DNA of 52,865 nucleotides from Nanobdellati archaeon. GTDB lineage: Archaea > EX4484-52 > GLR71. The position numbers and the translations under genes are program-made. Shown piece after piece: positions 10,362 to 18,424 of this stretch. Each line of letters begins with the position of its first letter. Position 1 is the stretch's first letter. The stretch is taken from positions 1-52,865 of the forward strand of contig JAHYJO010000010.1 in NCBI GenBank assembly GCA_019429125.1, in the 5' to 3' direction. The notes under the pieces are model-generated. The model saw only the letters and a list, made by a program, of their open reading frames with translations, did not search any database and had not been told where the DNA came from.

Positions 10362-12758
10362 CTATTCCTCTATTATAGATACATTTGTTTCCTCAGTTGT
10401 TGACTCAATTGATTCGTTAATTAATTCTAGGGATTCATTATTTTCATTGATTAAATCACTTGATTCCTCGGCAACTTCAATTGGTTCACTAATTATATCA
10501 ATTTGAGATAATGTCGAGATATCTCCGTTTTTAGCGATTACCTTGAATATCTTTATTTCTGTGTTGTCATAGACCTTTTCAAGGAATGGGACTCCAACGC
10601 CATCAAACAGATATAGTTTTGCGAAATTTGAAAGACCAGCCTCCATCTCTGGATATGGTAGATATACACCAAATGGTGTAAACATTAGGCATGCTTCATA
10701 TACTGGCTCTGCTGGTTTTAAGTCAACAAAACCGTTTGCTGTGCAAAGTCCTTTTATGTTTGCGGTGCCTTGAGGTGTGATGAACTTTATGTCGCCACCA
10801 ATGCCACCTTCCTGAGTCACGGGAACATAGATGCTGTTTGTACCTAACTGGTATGCCATTATTGTCAAGTTACCTTTAGGTACTGATTTTGCAAGAGTTA
10901 ATGGGATGAAACTGTTTACTTTTTCACCATTATGAGCAATCTTTGACATTGCTGAAAATTTACCGATTAATGTGTAATCAACCACTACATAATCTGCGGG
11001 GAAATATTCAATTATATCTTTTAAGTCAGATGTGTTATCACTTATGAAACCGTTTGCAAGGATTGGATTTATTGTATGACCTTTTTCATTTCCACCATCT
11101 GCAACTGATGCTCTTTCACCAGCTGTCTCAAACCAGTAACCGTAATCCCACCAGGAAAGGATTACTGAGTCAACTGGTGTTTCTGTCTTTAAAAATTGTG
11201 AAGCTCCCTGCCAGTTTTTGTTAAGTGACGGACCAATTGATTTTGAGAATGCTAGACCTGCGGATAGATTTACAAGCAATAATAAGATTACAAATATTAC
11301 AGGGATTGCTTTCAATATGTTTACTTTAAGACCTGCAACATCTATCTTTTTGAAATTCTTGACTAAGGATGAATCGTTGAACCACTTAATCATATAGTAA
11401 ATACCGAAGGCTCCTGCAAGTGCTGCCGGTGCACCTAAAAGGAATATTATACGGATTCTTGCAAAGGATGCATAAATTGATGCCACAACCCACACCAGAG
11501 TGAACATGTATCTCCAGTCTTTTGTCTTGTAAAGTTTATATGCTAAAAATGCGATTCCGATTAACATAAATATCCAAAGCGACATGTAAGGGATTATAGA
11601 GTTTAGCTGTGGTGTAAGGTATTGTGCGTATTCTGCTCCTAGCTGCCCTTTTATAGTTGCCCAATTTGCAGGGTTGTTTTCTGCAACAGTTGAACCTATA
11701 ACACCTTCATTCCAATGCAGTAGACTATCTATCGCATTAAAAAGGCTAGCAAGACTCTTTGAGAAAAATGAACCAATCAATGCAAGAATTAAACCAATGA
11801 CTGAAATTATCGGCATTGCATATTTCATATAGTTTTCAGATACAATTTTTCTTTGTTCAATGATATAACGAACAATTACAAAACCAACTACACTAAATGA
11901 TAAAAGAGCATAAGATCCTGTATATCCCAAACTTGCCGGAACATTAGCTATTGCAGGGGTCAATATTGAAACAAACATCATAATTGGATATGTTTTATAT
12001 ATCGATTTTGGATGTATGTTCAAAAATACAAGAATGCCTGTTATCATTGCAAGTATAAGGAAGATTATGTTTGCACCACCCCATATGAAATTTACCATCA
12101 ATAGAGAGAAACCTGCATTGATTGCGGACAGTGTTGAATTTTTGTTCAGTGCGTGAGCAAAGAAATAGAATACAAGGATAATAAATATGGCAGAGGATGG
12201 TTCTTTCTCAAAAAATCCTGCTGTAGTTCTATAAAGTGTTGATGCGTTCACTGCAAGTAAGAAACCGGCGAGAAGACCTACTTTCTTGTTGAATAATTCT
12301 TTACCTAATAAATACATTGCAATACCCATGAAAGCTCCCATGAGTGCAGGATACCATTTTGCCCATTCATAAAATGAAAGAGAAGGAATTATCATTGCAA
12401 TCAGTTTATACATGACCACAGGAAGATAAAATATGCCTGGTGTGGTTATATGAGGGTCCATTCCTGTCGGGAAATACCTCAAAGTGTCAAAGACTAGATG
12501 GAAATTGTTGTTCATCATGTCAAGAGCAGTTCTGTAAAGATAGAAAGGGTCGAGCGCCTGAAGACAGACCATACCTTCAATGCAATCTGCTAAAGGTTTC
12601 AGAGATTGTGTCCTAATATACAAACCTATTGCAAAAATAAGAAGTAATGCAACCAATGTCCAGTATTTCTGTACATACTGGTTTGATTTTATTTTATCGT
12701 ATCCATTAGTTACTTTTTCTGATAAAGCAACCAAATTCAAGCCTTGTGATTCTGACAT
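10362..12758 (-). CDS. aglB: Oligosaccharyltransferase (STT3/AglB)
   Basis: LDPF, GFFEKE, TVAE, WWDYGYW and DGGN motifs; many TM helices. Confidence 0.95.
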   Translation of the reverse strand: MSESQGLNLVALSEKVTNGYDKIKSNQYVQKYWTLVALLLIFAIGLYIRTQSLKPLADCIEGMVCLQALDPFYLYRTALDMMNNNFHLVFDTLRYFPTGMDPHITTPGIFYLPVVMYKLIAMIIPSLSFYEWAKWYPALMGAFMGIAMYLLGKELFNKKVGLLAGFLLAVNASTLYRTTAGFFEKEPSSAIFIILVFYFFAHALNKNSTLSAINAGFSLLMVNFIWGGANIIFLILAMITGILVFLNIHPKSIYKTYPIMMFVSILTPAIANVPASLGYTGSYALLSFSVVGFVIVRYIIEQRKIVSENYMKYAMPIISVIGLILALIGSFFSKSLASLFNAIDSLLHWNEGVIGSTVAENNPANWATIKGQLGAEYAQYLTPQLNSIIPYMSLWIFMLIGIAFLAYKLYKTKDWRYMFTLVWVVASIYASFARIRIIFLLGAPAALAGAFGIYYMIKWFNDSSLVKNFKKIDVAGLKVNILKAIPVIFVILLLLVNLSAGLAFSKSIGPSLNKNWQGASQFLKTETPVDSVILSWWDYGYWFETAGERASVADGGNEKGHTINPILANGFISDNTSDLKDIIEYFPADYVVVDYTLIGKFSAMSKIAHNGEKVNSFIPLTLAKSVPKGNLTIMAYQLGTNSIYVPVTQEGGIGGDIKFITPQGTANIKGLCTANGFVDLKPAEPVYEACLMFTPFGVYLPYPEMEAGLSNFAKLYLFDGVGVPFLEKVYDNTEIKIFKVIAKNGDISTLSQIDIISEPIEVAEESSDLINENNESLELINESIESTTEETNVSIIEE

Positions 12759-12791
12759 AAATATCCCTTTATGATTAATCTAAAACAAATA

Positions 12792-13727
12792 CTATTTTAT
12801 ATCTTTCTGTAATAACAACTCTTTTACTGTTGATTTTATAGATGATAAGGAATCATATTTTGGTGTCCATCCTAGTTTTTCAAGCTTGTCAATTGAAAGT
12901 AGCATATCTACCACATCACCTTTCCAGCCACCAATAGAACCTGTATAATTGAACTTTACTTCTTTCAATCCCATTGCACCTGCAACAACATTAGCAAGTG
13001 TTGTCACATCAACTTGGTCTTTTGAACCGATATTAAAGGCATCAACAATATTTTTCTGATTATTTTTTGCATAAATCATGCCGTCAATGCAATCATCAAT
13101 ATACAGATATGACTTTTTCTGTTTGCCGTTGCCTAAAATTTCTAACTCATATGGATTCTTAGTTAGTTTTTTTATGAAATCTGCTATCACACCATGCGTT
13201 TTTGTTCCTGGACCTATTACGTTTGCAAACCGTACAATGGTTGATTTGATACCAAACATATTTGCATATGTAGAAACCAGTGCCTCACCTGCTAACTTTG
13301 AACCGCCATACATTGATATCGGCAATAATGGTCCGTAATCTTCAGGAGTGGGTATAACTGAAGCATTACCATACACAACGGAGCTTGAGGTGAATACAAA
13401 TGATTTTATCTTTGCTTTTCGACAAGCTTCAAGAATCTTATACAACATGACCACGTTCTGGTCAAAATCTATTTTTGTATTGTCTGCACCCAAACGCACA
13501 TCTGAATTTGCAGCAAGATGATAGACTTCATCAATGCCTGTAAAATAAGAATCAATGTTTTCTGTTAAAAGGTCAACCTGCATACATTTTAATTTTGGTT
13601 TTTGAGATAAAGATGATGAATATTTATCTAAAACTAGCACTTCACAACCTTCATCTAATAGTTTTTTTACAAGATGAACTCCTATAAACCCCACGCCACC
13701 TGTGACTATCACTTTTTTTTCAGACAT
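12792..13727 (-). CDS. NAD-dependent epimerase/dehydratase (GalE-like)
   Basis: TGGVGFIG, YGGSK (YxxxK), GWKGDV. Confidence 0.9.
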   Translation of the reverse strand: MSEKKVIVTGGVGFIGVHLVKKLLDEGCEVLVLDKYSSSLSQKPKLKCMQVDLLTENIDSYFTGIDEVYHLAANSDVRLGADNTKIDFDQNVVMLYKILEACRKAKIKSFVFTSSSVVYGNASVIPTPEDYGPLLPISMYGGSKLAGEALVSTYANMFGIKSTIVRFANVIGPGTKTHGVIADFIKKLTKNPYELEILGNGKQKKSYLYIDDCIDGMIYAKNNQKNIVDAFNIGSKDQVDVTTLANVVAGAMGLKEVKFNYTGSIGGWKGDVVDMLLSIDKLEKLGWTPKYDSLSSIKSTVKELLLQKDIK

Positions 13728-13756
13728 AAATTTAATTTTGTGAAATATGTTTATAT

Positions 13757-13886
13757 ATCTAAATCGCTTTTTACAATTATTTTATATCAAAAAATAATTT
13801 TAATGAAAATAAGAGTTAATTTGAACTCTTCAGGTATAACGGCACGCTACTGGAGACAGACATATAAACAAAAAATTAAAAATCAT
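13757..13886 (+). repeat. ~125 bp direct repeat, copy 1 (upstream of MNT-HEPN)
   Basis: Near-identical to 15056-15177, including TAACGGCACGCTACTGGAGACAGACATATAAAC. Confidence 0.9.
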
Positions 13887-13912
13887 AAGGAAATAGCTTA
13901 TTAATTTGAGAG

Positions 13913-13954
13913 TGTGCCAAAAAATGGCAAAGTTGTGCCAAAAAATGGCAAAGT
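13913..13954 (+). promoter_or_regulatory. Tandem 21-bp operator (TGTGCCAAAAAATGGCAAAGT x2) abutting the TATA box of the MNT gene
   Basis: Two exact copies, each containing TGCCA-N5-TGGCA, followed by ATATATAT. The downstream protein has a wHTH. Confidence 0.75.
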
Positions 13955-13983
13955 ATATATATGAATAAGTCCTATAAATTGAC

Positions 13984-14556
13984 ATGAAAGCAGAAGATAA
14001 GATATTTTATGCATTTTATGAATCTAAAGAACAACAACTTTATTTTAATCAGATTAAAGAGATAACAAAATTGTCAAATAGCTCTTTACAGAATGCATTG
14101 AATCTACTCATTAAAGATAAGACGTTAACAATAGATAAGAGGAAATCAAATACATTTTATAAAATACATAATAAAAAATTGTTTGCCTTGCATTTTTCAA
14201 AAATTAGCCTTAAAAAATTCCAAAATTTAAATAGAGGGATTAGGATGCCTCTGGATAATTTTCTTACAAAAATAGAAGGAGATATATTTACAATAGTGCT
14301 GTTTGGATCTGCTTCAAGAAAAGCTGAAAAAAAAGATAGTGATATTGATATTTTAGTCGTCTCTAAAACTAAAATTAATCTAGACTTGTTGAAAAAAGAA
14401 ATAGATAGTCTATCTAATTACCCATTAAATATATTTCAGTGTAATATTTCAGAATTTAAAAATGCAGAGGATCATGTTGTTTATCAAGCAAAAAATACTG
14501 GTTTTCCCATAAAGGGCGAACAAAACTTTTTTGAGGTAGTTTTAAATGAATATTGA
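13984..14556 (+). CDS. wHTH-fused minimal nucleotidyltransferase (MNT antitoxin)
   Basis: N-terminal wHTH (YFNQIKEITKLSNSSLQNAL), LFGSASR...SDIDILVV. Confidence 0.88.
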   Translation: MKAEDKIFYAFYESKEQQLYFNQIKEITKLSNSSLQNALNLLIKDKTLTIDKRKSNTFYKIHNKKLFALHFSKISLKKFQNLNRGIRMPLDNFLTKIEGDIFTIVLFGSASRKAEKKDSDIDILVVSKTKINLDLLKKEIDSLSNYPLNIFQCNISEFKNAEDHVVYQAKNTGFPIKGEQNFFEVVLNEY

Positions 14557-15061
14557 TATTTATTATCTAAATAACCAAAGGTTGCTTGATGACAAAATTA
14601 ACTTCTTTAAAAAGACTAAACAATTAATCAATCAAGAACATAATCATAGATTGGTTTTAGCACATCTTGATAAAGCAAAACATAATCTCAAATTCTTTGA
14701 TAAAAATAAAGATGATGATACATTTAATGATTGGTTAATTGTGATATTATATTATACTTTATATCATTGTGCACTTGCTTTAGTCACTAATAAAAATTAT
14801 ACATCTAAAAATCATACTGCAACATTGTTATTTTTAATAAAATATTATTCAATTCATAAAGAAGATGCAGAACTCATTGAAGAATTATTAGTAAGTAAAG
14901 AGGATGCTACGTTTTATACGGAATTGAAATTTAAAAGACATATCGCAAGTTATAAAACAGAAACAAGTTTTACGCATGATCAAATAACTAATTATAAAGT
15001 GAAGGTAATAGAATTCATACAAAAGGTTGAAGATATTATTAAAAATCACGCAGACATCTAA
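14546..15061 (+). CDS. HEPN domain protein (MNT-HEPN pair)
   Basis: KAKHNL, W...YYTLYH..LAL, SKNHTAT, R-x4-Y (RHIASY). Overlaps the MNT stop. Confidence 0.85.
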   Translation: MNIDIYYLNNQRLLDDKINFFKKTKQLINQEHNHRLVLAHLDKAKHNLKFFDKNKDDDTFNDWLIVILYYTLYHCALALVTNKNYTSKNHTATLLFLIKYYSIHKEDAELIEELLVSKEDATFYTELKFKRHIASYKTETSFTHDQITNYKVKVIEFIQKVEDIIKNHADI

Positions 15062-15177
15062 ATATTTTTTACAATTATTTCATATCAAAAAATAATTTTT
15101 ATAAAAATAAGAGTTAATTTAAACTCTAACGGCACGCTACTGGAGACAGACATATAAACAAAAAAATTAAAAATCAT
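15056..15177 (+). repeat. ~120 bp direct repeat, copy 2 (downstream of HEPN; supplies the TATA for the BRO gene)
   Basis: Matches 13757-13886 apart from an ~8-bp indel and a few substitutions. Confidence 0.9.
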
Positions 15178-15186
15178 CCTATCGGG

Positions 15187-16081
15187 ATGATTGAGATGGA
15201 TAAAGATAATGCTTTAGTTGTGTTTGAGAATAAAGACATTAGAAGAGTTTGGTTTAATGATGAATGGTGGTTTTCTGCTATGGATATAGTTGGAGCTTTA
15301 ACAAATTCAACAAATCCTACTAGATATTTAAAAGATATGCGAAGACGAGATGAAAGCTTTAAAGACGGGGGGGGCAAATTGCCACCCCCCCTTGAAATAA
15401 TTACAAAAGGAGGAAAACAAAGAATTAATTGTGTTTCAACAAAAGGTGCATTTAGATTAATTCAATCAATACCTTCAACGAAAGCTGAACCATTTAAACA
15501 ATGGCTCGCTAAAGTCGGTTATGAAAGAGTACAAGAAATAGAAAATCCAGAACTGGCTCAAAAACGGATGAAAGAGCCCTATTTACAAAAAGGTTATTCA
15601 AATGAATGGATTGAGAAAAGAGTTCGTGGTATTGCTATTCGAGATGAATTGACAGATGTTCTTAAAAATCAAAGATTTTTAGGACCCCAAAAATGCGTTA
15701 GCATTTTTTAGGAAGTGGGCTAATCGTAGAATAAAAACCAATAAAGAATTTTCAATTTTAACATCAGAAATTAGTAAGGCCACATTTGATATGACACCAT
15801 CAGAATATAAACAACATAAAGGACGTAAAAATGAGAATTTAAGAGATCATATGAATGATTTAGAATTAATATTTACTATGCTTGGCGAAGGAGTTACAAC
15901 GGAGATTACAAGAAATAAAGATGCACATGGTTTTGGTGAAAATAAAGTTGCAGCAAAGGAAGGCGGTGCAGTGGCAGGTAATGCAAGAAAAGATGCAAAA
16001 AATAAAATAGGAAAAACTATCATTTCAAATGATAATTATATTGATACTCCTGAAAAAATAAAGAAATTGGAGGAAAAGTAA
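15187..16081 (+). pseudogene. BRO-N / phage antirepressor-family gene split by a 55-bp palindromic insertion
   Basis: N-part IRRVW..EWWFS...FRLIQSIPSTKAEPFKQWLAKVG...ENPEL and C-part NLRDHMNDLELIFTMLGE rejoin as ELTD-EWANR..EFSILTSEISKATFDMTPSEY when 15659-15713 is removed. Confidence 0.85.
15659..15713. repeat. Double-hairpin palindromic insertion element
   Basis: CTTAAAAATC-AAA-GATTTTTAGG plus CCCAAAAATGC-GTTA-GCATTTTTTAGG. It interrupts the codon G|AG. Confidence 0.8.
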
Positions 16082-16283
16082 ATACATTATATTTTTTAAT
16101 GAAAATAATTATTTATCAAACCTAAATAATATTGCTTAAACAACTATGTCTTAAAAAACATAGACTATACTCTATGAAAAACCCATAAAAACTTAGAGTA
16201 TACACTAAGACATATATAAAATGTTTTTAGCAGGCGCAAATATTAATTATGAATTGTTAAAAAATACCACCTACCAACAAAAG

Positions 16284-16337
16284 TTGTCGATTATAAACGA
16301 CAAGTTTATAGGTTTTCGTCGATTATAAACGACAAGT
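16284..16337 (-). promoter_or_regulatory. Orphan duplicated palindromic operator flanking a minus-strand BRE-TATA
   Basis: GTCGATTATAAACGACAAGT x2 around minus-strand CGAAAACCTATAAAC. No downstream ORF. Confidence 0.6.
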
Positions 16338-16356
16338 CTGAACAAATCTCAAGAAC

Positions 16357-16446
16357 ATAACTACTCGAAAAATATATGTTAATGGGAAAAAAATAAGTTA
16401 TATACCTTTATGGAAATGGATGTTAAGAGATACATACAAAACTTAA
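16357..16446 (+). pseudogene. C-terminal remnant of a DUF4143-type AAA ATPase
   Basis: Translates ..VNGKKISYIPLWKWMLRDTYKT*, resembling the end of ORF 806-2131 (RRKIKFIPLWQWFL). Confidence 0.65.
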
Positions 16447-17498
16447 AGGAAATCCATGTCACCAAATACTTCTATATCTTTTTTGTTCTTTGATAACAAG
16501 GAAAAGAATGTGTCTAGCTCTGTGTCAGATAATGAATCTAACGTTTTTCTTATACCTAAACCCAAATCAATTTTGTCTTTTAACTTTTGTTTCCATTTTA
16601 TATCATAATTCTTTAATATAGACTTATCAAAATTGTTTTTATCTAAAGCATCCAATATAACTTCAACTGCTATGTCTGCGCACATAAGACCATAGATTAT
16701 ACCACCACCTGAAAAAGGTTTTACTTGAAGGGCAGCATCACCTAAAAGCATGACATTGTCTTCTACAGTACTTTCAAGATGACCGAAACATATTGGATGT
16801 GTATAAGTCTTATCAATTTTAACATTACGCTCTAAAAGAAACTGATTAAATTTTTCAATATGGTTCTTATCACTTGCCAGACCATACTCTGTCTTTTCTC
16901 CGCGCGGTATCTTCCAGGCAAAAAAACCTGGCGCAACATCAGACCCATAAAAGAGTTCAACTAATTCTGAATTATCCTTTTCAGTTGTATATCCGATTAT
17001 GCCGTTGACTCTCGTCATCCCCCCTGTATCAAGCCCTGATTTTCTTCGTACAAGGGATGCTGCGCCGTCACAACCAATAATTAGTTTTGATTTGATTGTT
17101 TTATCAGGAGTTAAAGTAAAAACCCCTTTATCTTTGACAACATAATCCAAAAATGGTGTATCTAACAATATGTTTGCGCATGAGGCTTTTGCACGTTCTG
17201 CCATGAACTTGTCAAATGAGACACGGTCAAGGACATAGGCTTGAACTTCGTTTTTTTTTATTGTAAATGATTCACTTTTAGAATGAAAAATTGAGCCGTT
17301 TATCCTGTGCTCAATCAAGGACTCATCCAACTCTACAAAGTTGTCCAGCCGTGTGCTTACAAGACCAGAGCAGGCATGCTTTCCTATTTCTTTTTTTTTC
17401 TCAATTATAAGTACAGAGATACCTTTTGATGCTAATTTTTCAGCTAAATAGGTTCCTATCGGGCCTGCGCCCACTATCAATATGTCTGTCTCTTGCAT
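16443..17498 (-). CDS. Geranylgeranyl reductase family FAD oxidoreductase
   Basis: GAGPIG, ACSGLVS, LDRVSFD, GCDGAAS, PGFFAWKIP, GDAALQVKPFSGGGI. Confidence 0.88.
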   Translation of the reverse strand: MQETDILIVGAGPIGTYLAEKLASKGISVLIIEKKKEIGKHACSGLVSTRLDNFVELDESLIEHRINGSIFHSKSESFTIKKNEVQAYVLDRVSFDKFMAERAKASCANILLDTPFLDYVVKDKGVFTLTPDKTIKSKLIIGCDGAASLVRRKSGLDTGGMTRVNGIIGYTTEKDNSELVELFYGSDVAPGFFAWKIPRGEKTEYGLASDKNHIEKFNQFLLERNVKIDKTYTHPICFGHLESTVEDNVMLLGDAALQVKPFSGGGIIYGLMCADIAVEVILDALDKNNFDKSILKNYDIKWKQKLKDKIDLGLGIRKTLDSLSDTELDTFFSLLSKNKKDIEVFGDMDFL

Positions 17499-17509
17499 AA
17501 GACTTAGTT

Positions 17510-17884
17510 TTACTGGAAATGTTTTAAATGTTGTTTTCTCTTTTTCTTCTTATCCTTAACCATCAAAGATATCAAATATGAAAATATCGCAATCAAAATC
17601 AATATGAATAACAATAATTTAATCAATGTGTCAAAATTAAATGATGTATCACTTATTGCTAATTCTGTTGAAAATGTAGATAATAGTACCATATAAGAAA
17701 AACTACCAATCAAAAAACTTATGATTACCTTGTCTGTTGATTTAATTGTCGTCTCTTTTAGAAAATCTTTCTGTTTGCTAGAAATACGATACCCTAAAAA
17801 TAAAGAAACATAACCAATACCTATTACAATTAGTGTTAAAACTAAGGAATTTATATCATTTATAGGTATGATTGATAAATCCAT
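17510..17884 (-). CDS. Hypothetical membrane protein (3 TM)
   Basis: Hydrophobic helices and a basic tail; SD-like GAGGT upstream. Confidence 0.7.
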   Translation of the reverse strand: MDLSIIPINDINSLVLTLIVIGIGYVSLFLGYRISSKQKDFLKETTIKSTDKVIISFLIGSFSYMVLLSTFSTELAISDTSFNFDTLIKLLLFILILIAIFSYLISLMVKDKKKKRKQHLKHFQ

Positions 17885-17891
17885 AATAACC

Positions 17892-18050
17892 TCACAAATC
17901 TGAAAAGAAGGAAATAAGCACTACAATTATTATAAAAATACCTAAAAGTTGTTGTGTCTCATTTCCAGTCATGTAAATAAACCCACCAAAAAGGAAACCA
18001 ATTACAATCCCTATAAGTTTGGTTTTATCTATTTCATTTGTATTTGACAT
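17892..18050 (-). CDS. Small 2-TM membrane protein (52 aa, not in the ORF track)
   Basis: MSNTNEIDKTKLIGIVIGFLFGGFIYMTGNETQQLLGIFIIIVVLISFFSDL*; abuts the next gene, and a TATA lies upstream. Confidence 0.65.
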   Translation of the reverse strand: MSNTNEIDKTKLIGIVIGFLFGGFIYMTGNETQQLLGIFIIIVVLISFFSDL

Positions 18051-18162
18051 AAATGTTATTTTGGTTTTTAAATTATATATGCTTGTATAATGGCCTATGT
18101 TTTTTGACGCTAATAAACAAATAACGATTTAAAAATTAAAATATAAATTAATTTGTGATTGT

Positions 18163-18399
18163 ATGAATCTTACAGCAGTTATTAAAAAAGGATAAACTAT
18201 GTATGTGGCTGTATGTCCTGAATTAGATGTTGTTAGTCAGGGACCTACTGTTGAAAGCGCACTTGATAATCTGAAAGAAGCAGTAGAACTTTTTATTGAA
18301 GAAATGGGTATGCCTGATGATATCACAGAAAAAGATACAATAATTGCAAGATTTGAGGTATGCGAACATAGAAAAACTAACCGTGCTATCGGGACGTAA
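18163..18399 (+). pseudogene. hicB: HicB family antitoxin with an in-frame stop at codon 11
   Basis: MNLTAVIKKG*TMYVAVCPELDVVSQGPTVESALDNLKEAVELF; TAA at 18193-18195. Confidence 0.8.
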
Positions 18400-18424
18400 A
18401 GTCATCAAAATTCTTGAAAAATTC
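18368..18424 (+). pseudogene. hicA: N-terminal remnant of a HicA toxin
   Basis: IEKLTVLSGRKVIKILEKF resembles HicA starts (KLPxLSGxxVIKxLEK); overlapped antisense by the serA 3' end. Confidence 0.6.

Noticed and set aside
13674-13904. 76-aa ORF in the track
   Set aside because: Overlaps the epimerase start antisense and runs through the direct repeat.
18193-18195. Stop-codon recoding in hicB or in the BRO gene
   Set aside because: TAA, TAG and TGA all end ordinary genes in this window; a nonsense mutation and a frameshift explain the two cases.
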